NCBI GenBank assembly: GCA_051362555.1
Contig: CM120649.1
Location: 1,922,001 to 1,986,000, forward strand
DNA length: 64,000 nt
Reading direction: 5' to 3'
Origin: Lingula anatina
Taxonomy: Eukaryota; Animalia; Brachiopoda
Shown here: positions 48,301 through 62,819 of the stretch, piece by piece
Position numbering within the stretch: the first letter of the stretch is position 1
How the letters are laid out: each line of letters opens with the position of its first letter
The notes under the pieces: generated by a model
What the model was told of the DNA's origin: nothing
Databases searched by the model: none
Seen by the model: the letters and a program-made list of their open reading frames with translations, nothing else
Position numbers and translations under genes: made by a program

Positions 48301-51091
48301 TAAAAAGGATACTTTTAGCCTAGCTCTTAATTTTTGCGATATATATCGGCGAGCGTATCTGCGACACGTTACGAAACCGGAATGATTGTTGGTCGCCGTT
48401 TGCAAAAGGTAAATCTAATGTTGACAGAATAAAATTTTATTCTCCAAGATATGATATCATGGAGCTTGAGAGACACGCGAAAAATTGTGATGTGAATGGC
48501 AAAACGAGAGAAATCCAAGCAAGGGTTGACAGCATGATTAAAACAATAAATATAAAAACGCATGTTAGCGGCTTTGCATTTTGCGATGTTTGGAGAAAAA
48601 CAATTTCAAAATCACTGATCAAGCGTGAAGAAAGAGTTCAAAATGTATCCAAAAATGAAAATCACAGAAAGACACCGAGAATAGTCAAGACTAGCAGGTA
48701 AAACGCAAATAGGGTCCAAGTGTCATGTGTGTAAAAATAAAATATTTATTCAAAAGCCTTCTCTCAGCCACTTTTACCGCTGAATCTTGTGCAGCTGAGC
48801 GTCTCCCCTTTATCTTAGCTGGCATTTTGAGAGATACCGCTCTGAAGTAATCACTGGATTTTTCCGTTGATCTGACGATTACCAAGTGCCGTGCAAAATA
48901 ATCCTGCAGCGTTACCCGTCAAAAAACTCGTATTAACACAAGTGACGGCCACTTGCTCTCGACAGACAGTTTTATCTGATCACTTTGCCGATAACAGAAA
49001 AGGAATCTCTCAGGTAAAATTACTTGATTGCCGAGGAAGAACCATTGAAACGTTCAAATGCAACTTCACACCTCTTAATTGCGGTTAAACGTAATCGCCT
49101 TTGTTAGCGCTTCCTTCTACATATCCTTGACACCCTACTGGGCATCACTAGGCTAGGCCCTCTCCAGAGCTGTCAATCAAAATGGCGGCACGCTTACATG
49201 CCTAACGAGTGGTCGGAAAATGTAACAAAAGCACGATTTTCTGCCCTTTCAAAGCACCCAAACAAAATATTTTTAGATGACAATAAGCAATGGTTCTATC
49301 TGATCGTATAACCGATAACAGGTAAATTTGCCAGCTAAGCATTTGACTAATAAGCCCTGTTAACCAACCTGTGAACGTTTTTGGCTGTTTTAACAGCTTT
49401 CTATATTGACGAGATAAGTGAATCGCTGCCAAGTATATCTCACTATCTGAGCAACCGATCGTTACAAAAGTTGCACCTATTGTTGTTAGGAATGTGGACT
49501 ACAGCATGATATCAGGGGTTTAAGAGGAAATTGTTTGTTTGAAAGTTATCGCCTTTTGAAGTGAATAACCCATTGAAATATGGGCTGATTTAACGTAAAA
49601 GATGATAAAATCAAAAGTAGATAGTTTAAGACAATTCCCTGGTACCCCGCTGTAGTGCTTTCACCCAGCTTTATGAGGCCTTTTGAATCACTTGAATAGC
49701 TGTCTTGGTTAAAGAGAAAATCCCAATACCGAAAACGGCATTTTTCCCCTCAAATTGGCGCCAGAGCGTCATCCGTTGGACACTGTACTTAATCCCCGTC
49801 TTTAATTGGCCCTTTGGGGAGTTTGTTTTAATTTTTTATAAAAACTTATAAGCCCAGGGCTTTGTTTCTATGACTTTGGTCCTTTTACTATGAGTGGCCT
49901 TAAGCTGGGGAATATACAAGGAGAAAATGGGACGTCTATAAGAGGAGGACTTAACATTACAGTGACATTCTTTAACATGCTGCATGCTCAATGTACATTA
50001 ATTTGACTTTTAAGTTTGTTCCTTACCATAGACTCCCATGTATAGCAATAGTACGATTGGTAGAGTGCCTGCGTTATATTGCCTTCAAACATTCTCTTTC
50101 GGAATCCCTCTTTTAAGTTCGGTCTTGGGACTTTTTTCTTCAGTGGTGTTGATTCAGGATCCAGCTGGTTTGTGGGCGACTTTTCTAGATGGAAGCTCAC
50201 ATGAGAATGACGCATTGATCTGTCACGAGACTACCTTAACGAGACTACCTTATCTTATGACGTATAATTGTGTATGATTGTGACAGGCATCCCTCTAGAG
50301 CAGTATCGACGCCTTATCTTTAATTGTGTCAATGGGAGCAAAGGTAAGATTGAAGTCACACAGTTCATATGAGGTACCTTTGGTGGTTTATTAATTGTTG
50401 GAGGTGGTGCGCATGCGTATGTAAATGCCACTCTGATAATGTTTGCATGTACAAACCACATTGTCGCGACATAAACGTGTGATTTGTATATTTAAAATGT
50501 TTGGGCCGAAGAATACAATTGGCGACAGCAGTTCATTTAGTCGGATAATAATTGCCATATACATGTATGCACGGGCAACTAATGTGACACAGACGATAGT
50601 TTACTTGGAAATTTACACTTTGCTCGTTTGTTTTCGTTTGTTAGTGGATTTTTTCCGTTTAATTGTTCACGAGTTACAGCCCAGTGTTATTTTATTGATT
50701 GTCCTAATTTTGGGTAAGATAATTGGTATTGGCTAAGGAGGAAACCATAGTTGATCCGGATCAGGAATTGATACCATTTTATATTAAATTTTTCATTAAA
50801 ATTATGAGATAGGGCCACTTTTACTTAATTACTCATAACCCAAAATAGGAATTTTATGAAAAGTTATACCCAGTAAGATGATATACAGATAGAATGCGCT
50901 TTAAAACATATTAGGTGTGCTTTTATTTGAAGTGTACACTCACAAGCAACTGCTCTAGCACTACATACACATGTTTAAAAGCTTTTTGTGTGGTATGTAA
51001 AAGAATTACAAATTAAATACAAGGTATTTCCCTATCCAAAAAGGCGTATATTTGTAAGCATGAAAAGCTGGCATCTGTAGTTGGCCATAGA

Positions 51092-54000
51092 TTAAAACGA
51101 GTCGTGTATGGCGTGGAGGCAAAGATGGCGGACCTGGAAAAATAAATTGAAACAATGTAATAAATGGTTGCTCCACTGACGTACCTGATGGATAGGTGCA
51201 AATTTTTTTATTAATTTATTAAAATACGAGATTCGTTCTTTGTGAGAACAAATGGCAATTTTAACATTCAATAATAAAGAATTTTATTTCCCCTTGGACT
51301 TGTGTTCAAAATACTTTAAAACAAGTAAATGACAAGATTCAAGACAACGAAAAACCCTACCATATGTTCATGTAAAGCCACTTAGCTGACTCTAACTGTA
51401 ATATTTTAATTAAAAGTACTGAATGCACAAGTCAGTGCAAATTTTTTCTTACGTTCACACATGGCGGGGCACCGAGAGCAAAGGTCACGGCGGCAGCAAC
51501 ATCGTCTGGTTGAAGACACTAGCGTGAAATGATATTATAAAAGATAGATGATATTGAAGGGTGTATTCTCATATAAATATTAGATATTAAAATTGGTAAT
51601 TAAAGGATAAGAAAAAATTAAGAAAAATTAAGTGACGGAAACGTTAACCAAAATATTTACTATAAGACAATGACGAATTAACGGCACTTAAAGTGTCTTA
51701 TATATGGCCCAAAGGGCAGGGTGATTTATAGAAAGTAACACACAGAACACTAGTTAAATGGATTAATTACGTAAAAGAATTGCACATTAAAAGACTGAAG
51801 CATATCCTCAGTATTTTCGCTTATATTTCAATTTGATTCACTTTACATCCATTAAAATCCAAAAAGTCACGAAAAACTTTGTTTGTATCCGTATTCCAAT
51901 TATTTGGTACCGCAATTTCTGTTATTCGTGAAAGGCAAAGGGGATTAGATGATTGAAGAAGTTTGTCATAAAACCTGGGATTAAGCCACAACATTTTACT
52001 GAAGCTTACTGTTTCCGGACAGAAGAGGTTGTCGTCCATGTCTGCTCTTGCTTGCGGAGTGTCGACCAATCCAGGACTAATCACCTAACAGTAGAGCATA
52101 ATATTCCAATATTGGGTTACATTAACAAATTGTTATATAAATTTCACTAAAATCATATTTTGTAGCCGCCCATATACGGATTCTCGGGCGTTGCAAAAGA
52201 TGGGAAATAGAAGTAGGGGCCTATATACAAATGCGATTCTATTACTGTAAAATTGCAAATTATTTATTTACTTCAATTGCCTTATTATTTTGTTAATTTT
52301 CTCCTCTAAGTTATCTCCTACTGTAAATAAGCAGTCACTGACTGGACTGTGATTTCTCCTTAATATGTACATTTAATCTCTCTCTCATACCGTCGTCCGT
52401 ATTTTCGTTTTCTGTTGTCTCAGCTCGTGTCTCAGACCCTCTGTGAAAGCCTTCAGGGCACACTTTGCTGGGGTATACATGTGACATGAAAAGTCCGCGT
52501 GGACAGCGCTCTCACAAACACTAATTAAATAGAACATACTTGTCAGAAACGATAACATGATAATCTTCCCAAAGCCATTTCAACGGTATGAAAGGCCGAG
52601 TAGCTGCCTTTGCCTGCAATATCACAATTTTATGGGAGTTTTAACCATTTGGGGAATGAATTTTTACCCATTCGCACTAGGTACCAGTGTGCCATATGCG
52701 TTTTTTAAGCCCGGTGTCACATTTTGGTACGTTGTATATCGAATTTTCAATAACTAATTATGGACCTGAATAGGCCATTTACTTGGGAAACGTGGTAAAG
52801 ATACATGTGTATTTTGTTTGAAAGCAATGTATTACCTGCCAATGTTAATAATGTGCCCATCATTCGTGTTCCTCTCGAGTATGGACTGGATAGTCAGCTG
52901 GGAAACAGCTATAGCAGCGAAAACATTTAACTGAAAAAAAAATTGTTTTATTCGAAAGGTCGTCATTGGTTAAAGGTATATCAGGATATAAAACGACAAG
53001 TTGTATTCATTTTTTACTGTAGAGTCCCTGATGACCATTGTTGAAGTCTGAGGCATTTTTGTCTTACTTTGAGTATCAGCTAAGAAGAAGGTTAACGTTG
53101 TTCATGCAGAGCATAAGATAAGCATTCATTTAGACATGTGGCAAAAATTCCATTACTGAGCATATACGCATAAGCTATTAGACCGGGCTCCCATACTAAG
53201 ATCGATCTTACAGGATCGATCCATCTCCAAAGGGTAGTTCTCCCTAAATCACTTTCAGCTTAATCGGCTTAGATGGCTGGCACGTCTATACTGAAGCTGC
53301 TAAACGAAAGTTAATTACCCCCGAACTTAACGCTCTGTTAATATACAGCTTGAGAAGAAATACAAGGGTGGGATGCAGGCAGTAATTTTAATTGAGAAAT
53401 AAACAATTTTTAACAAGAAACCTTGAATACTCAACAAAACTAAAACCCCACATTCTTAAATAAACACTAGCGATTCAAGGAACAGACGTAAGCAGAAAGA
53501 ATATTTCCTCGGGATATAGATTCAGAATACGTCGTGAAAAGTTCTGTTTTGCAGCGAAAAATATTTTTAAGCATTACAAACGCCATTACACCCGAGTTCT
53601 GGTGCTTAAAGATAAATGGCTAAAGGCTTCTAAAGGAAAAATAAAAAATAAATAAGAGTTGTCTTACATCATACATCGTCTTGGTATCAGATAAAGGCCC
53701 TGTCGTGCAATCCTGACAGAGATTAACACCTGCGTTGTTAACACAAACGTCGACACCACCCAACTGTTCCTTGATTTCTTGAAACATGGACTCTATCTCT
53801 TCCGTTTTGGTGAGGTCGCACTTCATTGGAATCAAACGACCCTTTTCGATTTCAAGAAGTGCAGCTGTTTTCTGGAATACATATATTAAAACATCTCTTC
53901 AACAAAAGGATTAGTTAATCATTCGTGATTCATTGTCTTACCGTAGCACTGAACGAAACGGAGGGAAATGTTTAAGTGATTTTGACGCTCAATTGCCAAT

Positions 54001-54290
54001 TAAACAGCCTATTCCGATATTTATGTCTATTCTACATGGACGTCATGATCGACCCAATGTACTTGGAGATGACCAATTATTTGATACCAATGAAATTTAT
54101 TGAAAATGAAAAAGGCCACAAAGAAAAGACAAAGTTTTGGCTGCAAAATTAGACGGAGGACGACAACATAGTGGTATGACTGGTCATTGATTGTCCTTGA
54201 TATTATGATTTTAGAATTACCTAGTGACACAATCTATGATTCTGTTTCTTTCCCTATAATACTAACGTTCAACTTTTACTTGCCAATAGC

Positions 54291-54345
<55 letters not shown>

Positions 54346-54485
54346 AAACATACCTGCATTCTTTCCACGTGTCTGGCGCATCCAACCACCACCATACCAT
54401 TCTTCACCAGAGCACGAACAATGGCTGCTCCTATCCCTTTCGATGCTCCTGTTACCAAGGCAACGCGTCCTGTCCAGCGATCCAT
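51092..54485 (-). CDS. DHRS11: DHRS11-like SDR, copy 2 (247 aa); exons 54485-54354, 53871-53668, 52930-52836, 52520-52391, 52084-52010, 51518-51453, 51133-51092
   Basis: Same exon sizes as copy 1 (132/204/95/130/75/66/42); [28 protein letters not shown]; TAA stop. Confidence 0.88.
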
Positions 54486-54599
54486 TTCTGAAACATACTT
54501 TGTACTGCGATCACTGTAACCCAAATACCCAACAGCCCACAGGAACGAAAAGAGGGTAACAGGAAGTATGGGGGAGGTCAAGACTCTTATGACACAGAG

Positions 54600-54602
<3 letters not shown>

Positions 54603-54649
<47 letters not shown>
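54603..54649. repeat. (AG)n microsatellite; other SSRs at 15514-15553 (AT), 25378-25403 (CTT), 54293-54344 (ATT), 59818-59859 (ATT), 62586-62620 (GT)
   Basis: Seen directly. Confidence 0.9.
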
Positions 54650-54653
<4 letters not shown>

Positions 54654-57600
54654 ATATACACCCACACTCCTATGCACACACTCATATGCACACACTAGTG
54701 AACTAATTGGTTCTACATTCCTTTCTTGATATCGTCAATAAACAGGAAGCGCAATTACTAAAATGAAATATCATATTGTAATGACCACGGACCACCAAAA
54801 TACCTTAAAACTGTGTAGAAGGCCACTTGTGGTGCAATGGAGTCTTTGCAGCAGCGTATTCACCTTTACTCCTATAACATCTGGGTCAACACCTGTGGCA
54901 TTTCCCATTGGGTGAAAAGCATAACGGCTTGTACAGAACGGTGACATATATAAATAGAACAGAGATTTTAAATATGGTACATGTCCCTGTTGTGGGTGTG
55001 CTTGCTGTGCCAGCTTTTTTTTTTCAAAGAAGACCTTAATTCAGTACACTATTTATATTCAGCCATAATACCATTTCTTTGCAAATTTTATTTGTCTGAA
55101 AGGAAACTGAACTATTAGATTTAATATATTTTCCCTTTTGTCTGCCGGGATACAGAGATTCTGCCATCAGGATCAGAGAGAGAGAGAGAGAGAGGGGAGA
55201 GAGATTGGAGAGAGAGGTAATAGAGTTGTGAAAAACGTGTGTGTGCGCAATTATTTCATCATTGCATTTGCTCTTCATTTTCTGTCAATCATGTTCTTTA
55301 TGTCTCCTTGATCTAAGCTAATTTAAATATAACAACATGCTGATAAAGTGATGTGACAAACTCAAGTATGATGTTCGAAATTTGGCCGGTGATGGCCGCA
55401 TTTATTGAAAGTCCCAAACTTCTTTATTCCCGTTTTTTTTTCTGCACTTTATTTTAATTGTGTTTTGTTCTATTGCCGTTCCTTATTCTCCGTCCTTATT
55501 TTCTTTCTTTATACTCTAATGATTTCCATTTGCAACTAGTCTCGTCTCTCGCCTGCTCACTTTACTTCGTTAATTCAACACGTCATTCACATATGCAGGT
55601 AAATTATTTATTTTTATCTTTTTATTACGTTTTGGTTAGTTCTATATCATTTTATTCAACTTTATTTAGTTAATTATTAACATAGTTTTAAGTTACGGAA
55701 GACCTTCATCGACTGTGTTAGGCCTATGTTATAAGAATAAAGAAAGTTTACTCTCAAACAACAGTTAAATATTGAAATAGTTCTAAATTATAAATAAGTA
55801 TCTAATAATGTTTTATTTACAAGAATGCAGCAAGTTTCTCCTATAGACACGTGTATTAATTGAAAACTGCACCCTAAGGCAAGTTTCTCCTCTATATACA
55901 GTATTCATTGAAAATCCCGGTCACACCCAGCACAATCATAACAGGAACACCAAACACATTTGTAATCTTTTCCATAATAATACGTAGCATTAACTCCGCC
56001 CATTGACCAGCAGCCGTCACATATTTCCTCTGAGGATCGAGACGCGTTATGTGACGGTTATTGACCCAGGGACCTGTAGGTAAAACATAACCATAAAACG
56101 ACGAAAGATCTGAAAGAAGAGGACCCACTTCAGCAGAAAAGGAAGCCCGTCTGCAAATTTTTAAGGTACATGTAGGCCTATTTGGTAATTTTTAGTAATA
56201 ATGATATTTTTTTATTTTGGTAGGTACAGTACTTTACCTGTTTAGGGTGCACTGAATTAAATAAGCATCTAATTAAAATACGTTTAAGAGAATCAACAAG
56301 GCGTGAAGTTGGTCAAATATGAGAAAAGATTGCGTTTGGTTGAGTAAAGATAACATCTGAGTTGGGTTTGCCAGTCTCATGTCCACTACGGTTAGGAGAC
56401 AGATATTGAAAACAATGTGACACGTAACCCCCTCTGTTGAGTGTGTACAAGTATAGGTAGGGGAGGGGGGCACACAATCCAGAAACCAATCTTCATCAAT
56501 ATATGAATCTTTGGCCCCATTTCCATAGGCACATCGGGCTACGTGCATCGGCCCAACTCTGCGGAGATTCTCGCTGAGTGCAATCAGTTTAACAGGTTGA
56601 CACACCTCCTCATGGCGCTAAGTAGAATACAGAAAAGCTGGTGATTGTATGCATACATTGCAAACAATAAGAGGCGTGTCATTCAGTTAACCTGATTGTA
56701 CTTAGTGACAGTCCCTGCAAAGGTCGATCTACATGTACTTAAACCGATGCTGTATATATAAAAAACGCGGTATAAGCTAGTTAAATTGAAGACGAGGCAA
56801 TGCCCCTCATGAACGAGTAACCTGGAAGGTCAATGTAGGCCAAAGCACTTCAGCAGACCTCTGTCCGAAAGAAGGCCTCAACTTTTAGTCAAGGCTTTTA
56901 TCCTCAAAAGGCCTTCTAGCCGTCGATGGGACATGAAGTTTATTTCCCTAGAAAACGGCCAGATTACTGATAGGATTTTTAGATATGGGATTTGGGCTAT
57001 ATGATTTGTTGGGAGAGGTTAATGAGCTAGAAAATACCTAAAAGGTATTTCAATGCACCAGAGTAACTGATGCGCTGCTTATGTAAAAATATACTGCATG
57101 TTTAACAACAGCGCTGCCGTGTAAGCGCCTACCCGTCGCACAAACACGTGATCTGCAGCAATTTAGCCAGCGACAGAGGGGATCAGTGTAAATAATTCTG
57201 TACTGGTACATATATTACTATGACCTTGTATAATCTACATGTAATACAATTGTTGGAATGCCATCTAACGTGCTCTCATGTATAATCGCCACTTTTTCTA
57301 TTTTCTACTAAACGCCAGGAGGAGGTGTGTTTTTCTGTCAGTCTGACTGCATTCAGCGAGAGTACCCGTGGATTTGGTGCGCAGTACCTAGGTACCAGTA
57401 GATAAAATTTATTGAAAATTTTCCCTCGTAGTCCAAGAGAACTTGAGTCTGTTTAAAGAGTTATGCTTTTCACTGACAAATTACGTCTTTGAGCCTACAG
57501 ACGGCACATGTCACATTAAGGTATACTGGTCACGGATTTTCTAATAAAATACATGTAGTAAGTTGTACACACACTGACGTTTTTTTTTACTGCAATTTTT

Positions 57601-57695
57601 TACTGCAGTTTTTTTACTGCAATCGCTTACTGTTGACAATGCATATATTGTGCGATTGTTGTTGGCTTGACTATGAACATACAATTATTTTAGAT

Positions 57696-59809
57696 ATGGA
57701 TTGCTGGGCAGGGCGCGTTGCCTTGGTAACAGGAGCTTCGAAAGGGATAGGAGAAGCCATTGCTCGTGTTCTGGTTAAGAATGGTATGGTGGTGGTTGGA
57801 TGTGCCAGACACGTGGAAGATATGCAAGTATGGTTGAATTTGATATTTTTCTTGACAGTTTTTTTTTAATTTAACTATTATGACATTACATTGATGGTTA
57901 AACATTTTCAACATATTTTCATAAATTTGGTCGAAACATGACATACATACATTTGATGGGCAGGAAAATGGCTTCAGGACCACAAAACATTTTCAGGTAA
58001 TAAATAAACCTCGCGTCAATGAGAAAATGAGATTTTAAGACATTTGTTTCCGTCCTTGGGTCTTAAACACATTTCAAATTATCAATCAATTATTTCAGAC
58101 TGCAAAGGAAAATCTGGCGAGCGAAAAGGGCCGTTTGATTCCAATGAAGTGCGACCTTACCAAAACGGAAGAGATAGAGTCCATGTTTCAAGAAATCAAG
58201 AAACAGTTCGGCGGTGTGGACGTCTGCGTTAACAACGCTGGGATTTCATTTTTTCAAGATTGCAAGACGGGGACGTTGCCTGATACGAAAGCAATGTATG
58301 ACGTAATATTGTTATTAAAACAACGTGTTCTAACTGTTCGATCAAGACATAATGGTGTTTGAGACAATTTTAATATTTCACGTGTCAGAACTAATCGTAG
58401 CTTTACCATCAGTATATTCTAACTCTTTCTTTGCAAATTGTATTGTTTTAGGGGCTATTTATTTTGTCGAGTATTTTTATTATGACAATGTTTTGTTGAC
58501 TATTCTAACTACTATGTGTATATTTCAAAGTGTAGCGATACAGAAAACAAAAATGAATGAACATATTGTAGTAGACTTTCTGTTTGGAACCGTTCATAAC
58601 GTTTTGAAACTACATAGCCTGAGTACTACGTGACAGAGTCATTTGAAACGCTCGACAGGGCCAGATAACCGGATTGATTTTGCTTGGTCCAAACAGTCGT
58701 TAGCCAAAACAAGCCAGAATTCAAACACCAAGTATGGTAGCGTAATTGCACAAAAGCACCGGTCAGGTGTACAAGATGGTGAAGAAAGGTGCACCTCACC
58801 ATGTTATATAACCCTATATATATGTTTGGGCAGTCTGGCAAAGCTATAAGTCAATTTTTATTTATGCTATGACTAACTTATGTTGATCATTTTGTCTATA
58901 ATTACACTCTCAGTAGTGAATACAAACTATTTGTAAGCTAATTTTAATCAAGAAATGGGCGCAAATATTTTTATACTTTTTTTTATTTTTTTATATTTTA
59001 TATATATATATATTTTTTTTTTAGTAATTTAAATTAAAAATTGTAATAATTAAGGGCGTATGTTACATTTTCAGTTGAATGTTTTCGCTGCCATAGTTGT
59101 TTCCCAGCTGACCATTCAGTCCATTCAAGAAAGGAACATGGATAACGGGCACATTATCAACATCAGCAGGTGAATTTTTGCGACGATTTTGTGCTCCATA
59201 AGGTCTGTCCGGAAAATAGCTAAGAAATAAACATGCTACTCCAATTTGGCGAATATAAAATGTTGGGAGTGTTATGATTCCCAATTGTCCCCAAATAATT
59301 ACTTTTAGTTATGAACCTTTCCCTGTCAATATGGTAAGTTGACAGCCAATAGGAGCGATAAAATTGACGCCTTCTCTATTGTGACCGTGACCGTTACTAT
59401 AATAGGACAGGTAGAAGAGCGCGATCCCCCCTCCCTCCAACCCCCCCCCCCCCCCCCACACCCCATTACTTTTCTTAAAGAAATATGCACCTGTATACTT
59501 CTTTTTCGTTACGGAGGTTAGGCTACGTCCATATTGGGTTATACATGTATTTCAATCATGCTATACAATATATCGTACACTTACTAATAATAGAGATAAA
59601 ATGACAAAAGATGATTAAATTTTTCGGAAATTTTCCTATCTTATAATGCAGTAAATTGTTCATTATTAATCCATCATTCAATACAATCGGCTGTATATTG
59701 TCATTTATTTCAGTGTCTTCAACCGGACGACGTGGCTTCCGCAGTCACCTATGTGCTTGGGGCTCCACCAAACGTCAATGTAAGGAAAAAAGGTTTTATT
59801 TATTTATTC

Positions 59810-59861
<52 letters not shown>

Positions 59862-60148
59862 AAGACGCTTAAGGGGAGCAGAGCACGTAAATGCCCCAGA
59901 GACCAGGTGGAGAAAATTAATCGTTTTAGATCCTTTTACACTGGTCCCGTTCCAAGAAGTTTCCATGGGCCTTCAACGTATTGAAGTTCGATGGTAAAAA
60001 AAGAAACGAATTCATCTGAAATGCAGAGTTGTCACATGGCCACTCCTTCCGTGGATTCCTCGGTGGAGCAACTTAGTTATAAAGTTCTTATATCTTCTTT
60101 TTTCAGGTCCGACATATTTGCCTCCACGCCATTCACGGCATATTGTAA
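57696..60148 (+). pseudogene. DHRS11: DHRS11-like copy 3, inverted, lacking exons 4-5; exons 57696-57827, 58099-58302, 59075-59169, 59714-59779, 60107-60148
   Basis: Exons homologous to 1, 2, 3, 6 and 7 with intact splice sites. No YxxxK exon or SPGxVDT exon is visible in 59170-59713; exon 3 (phase 2) to exon 6 (phase 0) is out of frame. Confidence 0.75.
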
Positions 60149-60480
60149 GTCGAAGACGGCTGTCAAATGCAAGTCTAAAAGAATTTAAAGGGACTAGTAA
60201 CACCCCATTCCCATAGATTAGATCGACCTACTTTAGATCGACCTAACTCCCTGGGGGTTCACGCTAAATAGCTGTCAGCCGGGCGGACAGGAAAGTTAAT
60301 TACCCCTAACAGCTTGTAGTAGGCGGGGACGGACACTTAAGGGGGATTATCTGACAGTAATCTAGTGAGACTCCCCGCGGTGATAGATCGATCTAAAGTT
60401 GTGGGAATAGAGCCTTAGTCTCCTATTCTGAATGAGGCCTTAGTGTGCCGGAACATAAATAACAGAATTAAGTGTACTAA

Positions 60481-60962
60481 GATGACAGTGCTCCTTGTCA
60501 CAGATCCAGAGCAGTTGATGATTGGTTTGACCAACAGGACATTCGCAGGGTGACGTGGCCTGACCCTGCAGAGTCCGGTTGCAAACATAATAGAAAAAGT
60601 GTGGAATGATATGTTAAAACTTTTTACCAATACCCGACAAACCAGCGGACAAACTCTGTTAGATTCAGCGTTTCATGATTGGGCCAGCATAAGCCCTGAA
60701 CGCATCAGACAATTGTATGAATACTTGCCTCGCAAACTGGCACCTATTATTATGTCACGTGGATATGCCACTAAGTACTAATTTTGGACTTGAAACTGCA
60801 TATCTTGGTAGAATGCATATTTTGTTCTCATTTTTTTTTTTTTTTTTTTTGTAAAATTTGATGTCAATAAACTGATACCAGGAAAATATCATTCCACAGT
60901 CATTTATCTCCCCCAAGGTATTGGTTTAATAGGGGTGACACTTCTATTGTCCAGTGGGTGTA
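60481..60962 (+). mobile_element. Tc1/mariner transposase C-terminal remnant and probable right end
   Basis: DDSAPCHRSRAVDDWF..VTWP, then after a frameshift QSPVANIIEKVWNDM...IRQLYEYLPRKLAPIIMSRGYATKY*, matching Tc1 motifs (DNAPCH, WPxQSPDLNPIENVW, SMPRR..GGATKY); ends ...CCAGTGGGTG-TA. Confidence 0.75.
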
Positions 60963-61399
60963 GTTAGCGCAATTTGTTTTGTAACGCAAATAATGGGGGG
61001 TAAGAATAAATGAAAAGAGTTAAGAAATGAACAACAAAAAAGAACTATTGAAGAGTAATTGTAATTCAAAGCTGCTTGGACCTGGGCCGATCTAAACAAG
61101 TTGGCTGAGCAGTGAATTATTGCAAAATCAGGTTGGCAAATAAGGCTGACAAGACAATTGGAAATTTATCGTGTGGAGAAGAACTTGTGAAATGATACCT
61201 AATAAAATTGTAATTTAAAAAGACGAGAAAATGCAAATGACATAACAACGTTTAATCAAAAGTAACAAAACAAATCTGAACAATAATGAATCTAACAATA
61301 ATCATATTCATATATGCTCAATGGTTTCAAAAAGAAATAAAACATGTTCTTGGTTTCTACATCGTTGAATTAAAAACTTAAAAGAATGTATAATTATGA

Positions 61400-61760
61400 T
61401 AATAGGTGCATTTAAATCCAGAGAGATACTCAAACAACAGGTAGCCAATATAATGACACCTGGCTTAAAGAGCCACTACATACGTAATTTTCCCACCAAA
61501 ATGAATTTCTTGAAGTTCTCTCCAAGCTTTTAAATCCCCCACAGTCGTATTCATGAACTGCAATGCATCTTATATTTCCCAATTCAGACCCAAAAGATAA
61601 TAAAACCCTCAAGATATAAATTTATATGAAGTATACCTTGTGTTATTATTATCATCTAATCTCCTTTAGAAGCCATTGCCAGTTTGCAACGTCTGAGTTA
61701 AAATTGCTCTTTATACCAGGAAAATTAATTTTGGAAGGGAAAAATCCCATATGGTGGGTC
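61400..61760 (-). mobile_element. Possible degenerate L1/Tx1-like LINE fragment
   Basis: Only a weak motif (HEYDCGGFKSL, cf. YExGGL downstream of L1/Tx1 RT). Confidence 0.25.
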
Positions 61761-62819
61761 TTTAATTATCTCTACTCTCTGCTACATGCCTATCTAGATG
61801 TTACTTAACTCGGCTTAAATCTGTGCAATTTTGAAACAGCTACCGTTGATTTGCGTCAGCTGAAAGCAGCTTATCTCGGTTACAGTGTCCGGACGTGGGT
61901 GATATCATAATTAAACTGTCTTCCTGCTGCTAATAATCTTGCTTGAATAAACCATCACAAACTAACTAAAACTAACTTAAGACTCTCGGCGTTGCTCAAT
62001 GTCCACAAATATGGATAGAAAAATCGCACAGTTTTGGATTGACAATTAGACGCTCTCTTCTTTTGTGCTCTGTCTATATTGACATACACTAACCCAACCC
62101 TCTACCAGGGCCACATAAGGGATTTTTCAACAATTTTTCATTTATATTTCTCTTATTATTCACCAGCTGTGCACGTTTCTTCGAATTCTGTGCCAGATGA
62201 AGGTTTTTGCGCAACAACTGCACAGGCCCCAGTTTCACATAACAACTTAAGTGAGTTCCCTGTCTAAGTTGGCTAGGATTTCCATGAGAGCGCTGTAACG
62301 CCGTTTCTGATAGGGTAAGATGTGGGCATGTGACTATTTAACGTTGGTAATTAAGTTTTTAACCAGGGAACCTGACCGAAGTTTTTTTATGAAACCAGGT
62401 CTCTGTCGTGGCCTCTGGTTTACAGTAATGGTGAAGAGTAAAGTGAACCTAGGTATCTTTGCCTGAATACAAAACTTATACAATAAATAAATAATAATAA
62501 ATACCTAATACCTAAAACATATATACCAAAATAAAACCTAAAAATATCTTAACCTTCGTAACATATTACTATAAGTATGGTTATATGTGTGTGTGTGTGT
62601 GTGTGTGTGCGTGCGTGTGTCCAGCATACGTCAAAATTACATTATTCAATTAACAATATATATTTAAAATATAACATTCCAAATCAACAATCATTCAAAC
62701 CAACAATAATTCCTTTATAGTATGAGTACAGACTTATAAGAAATAATATCACAATAATTTGACCAGACATTAATTACCCACCCAAGAACCAATTATTATA
62801 CAATAGCTTCCTATCTCTC

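Noticed and set aside
47761-49903. Possible Kolobok-like element bounded by TTAAGGCC...GGCCTTAA with a short MGKRKVRVK ORF
   Set aside because: Only 4 bp beyond TTAA match perfectly as a TIR and no transposase motifs are visible; insufficient support.
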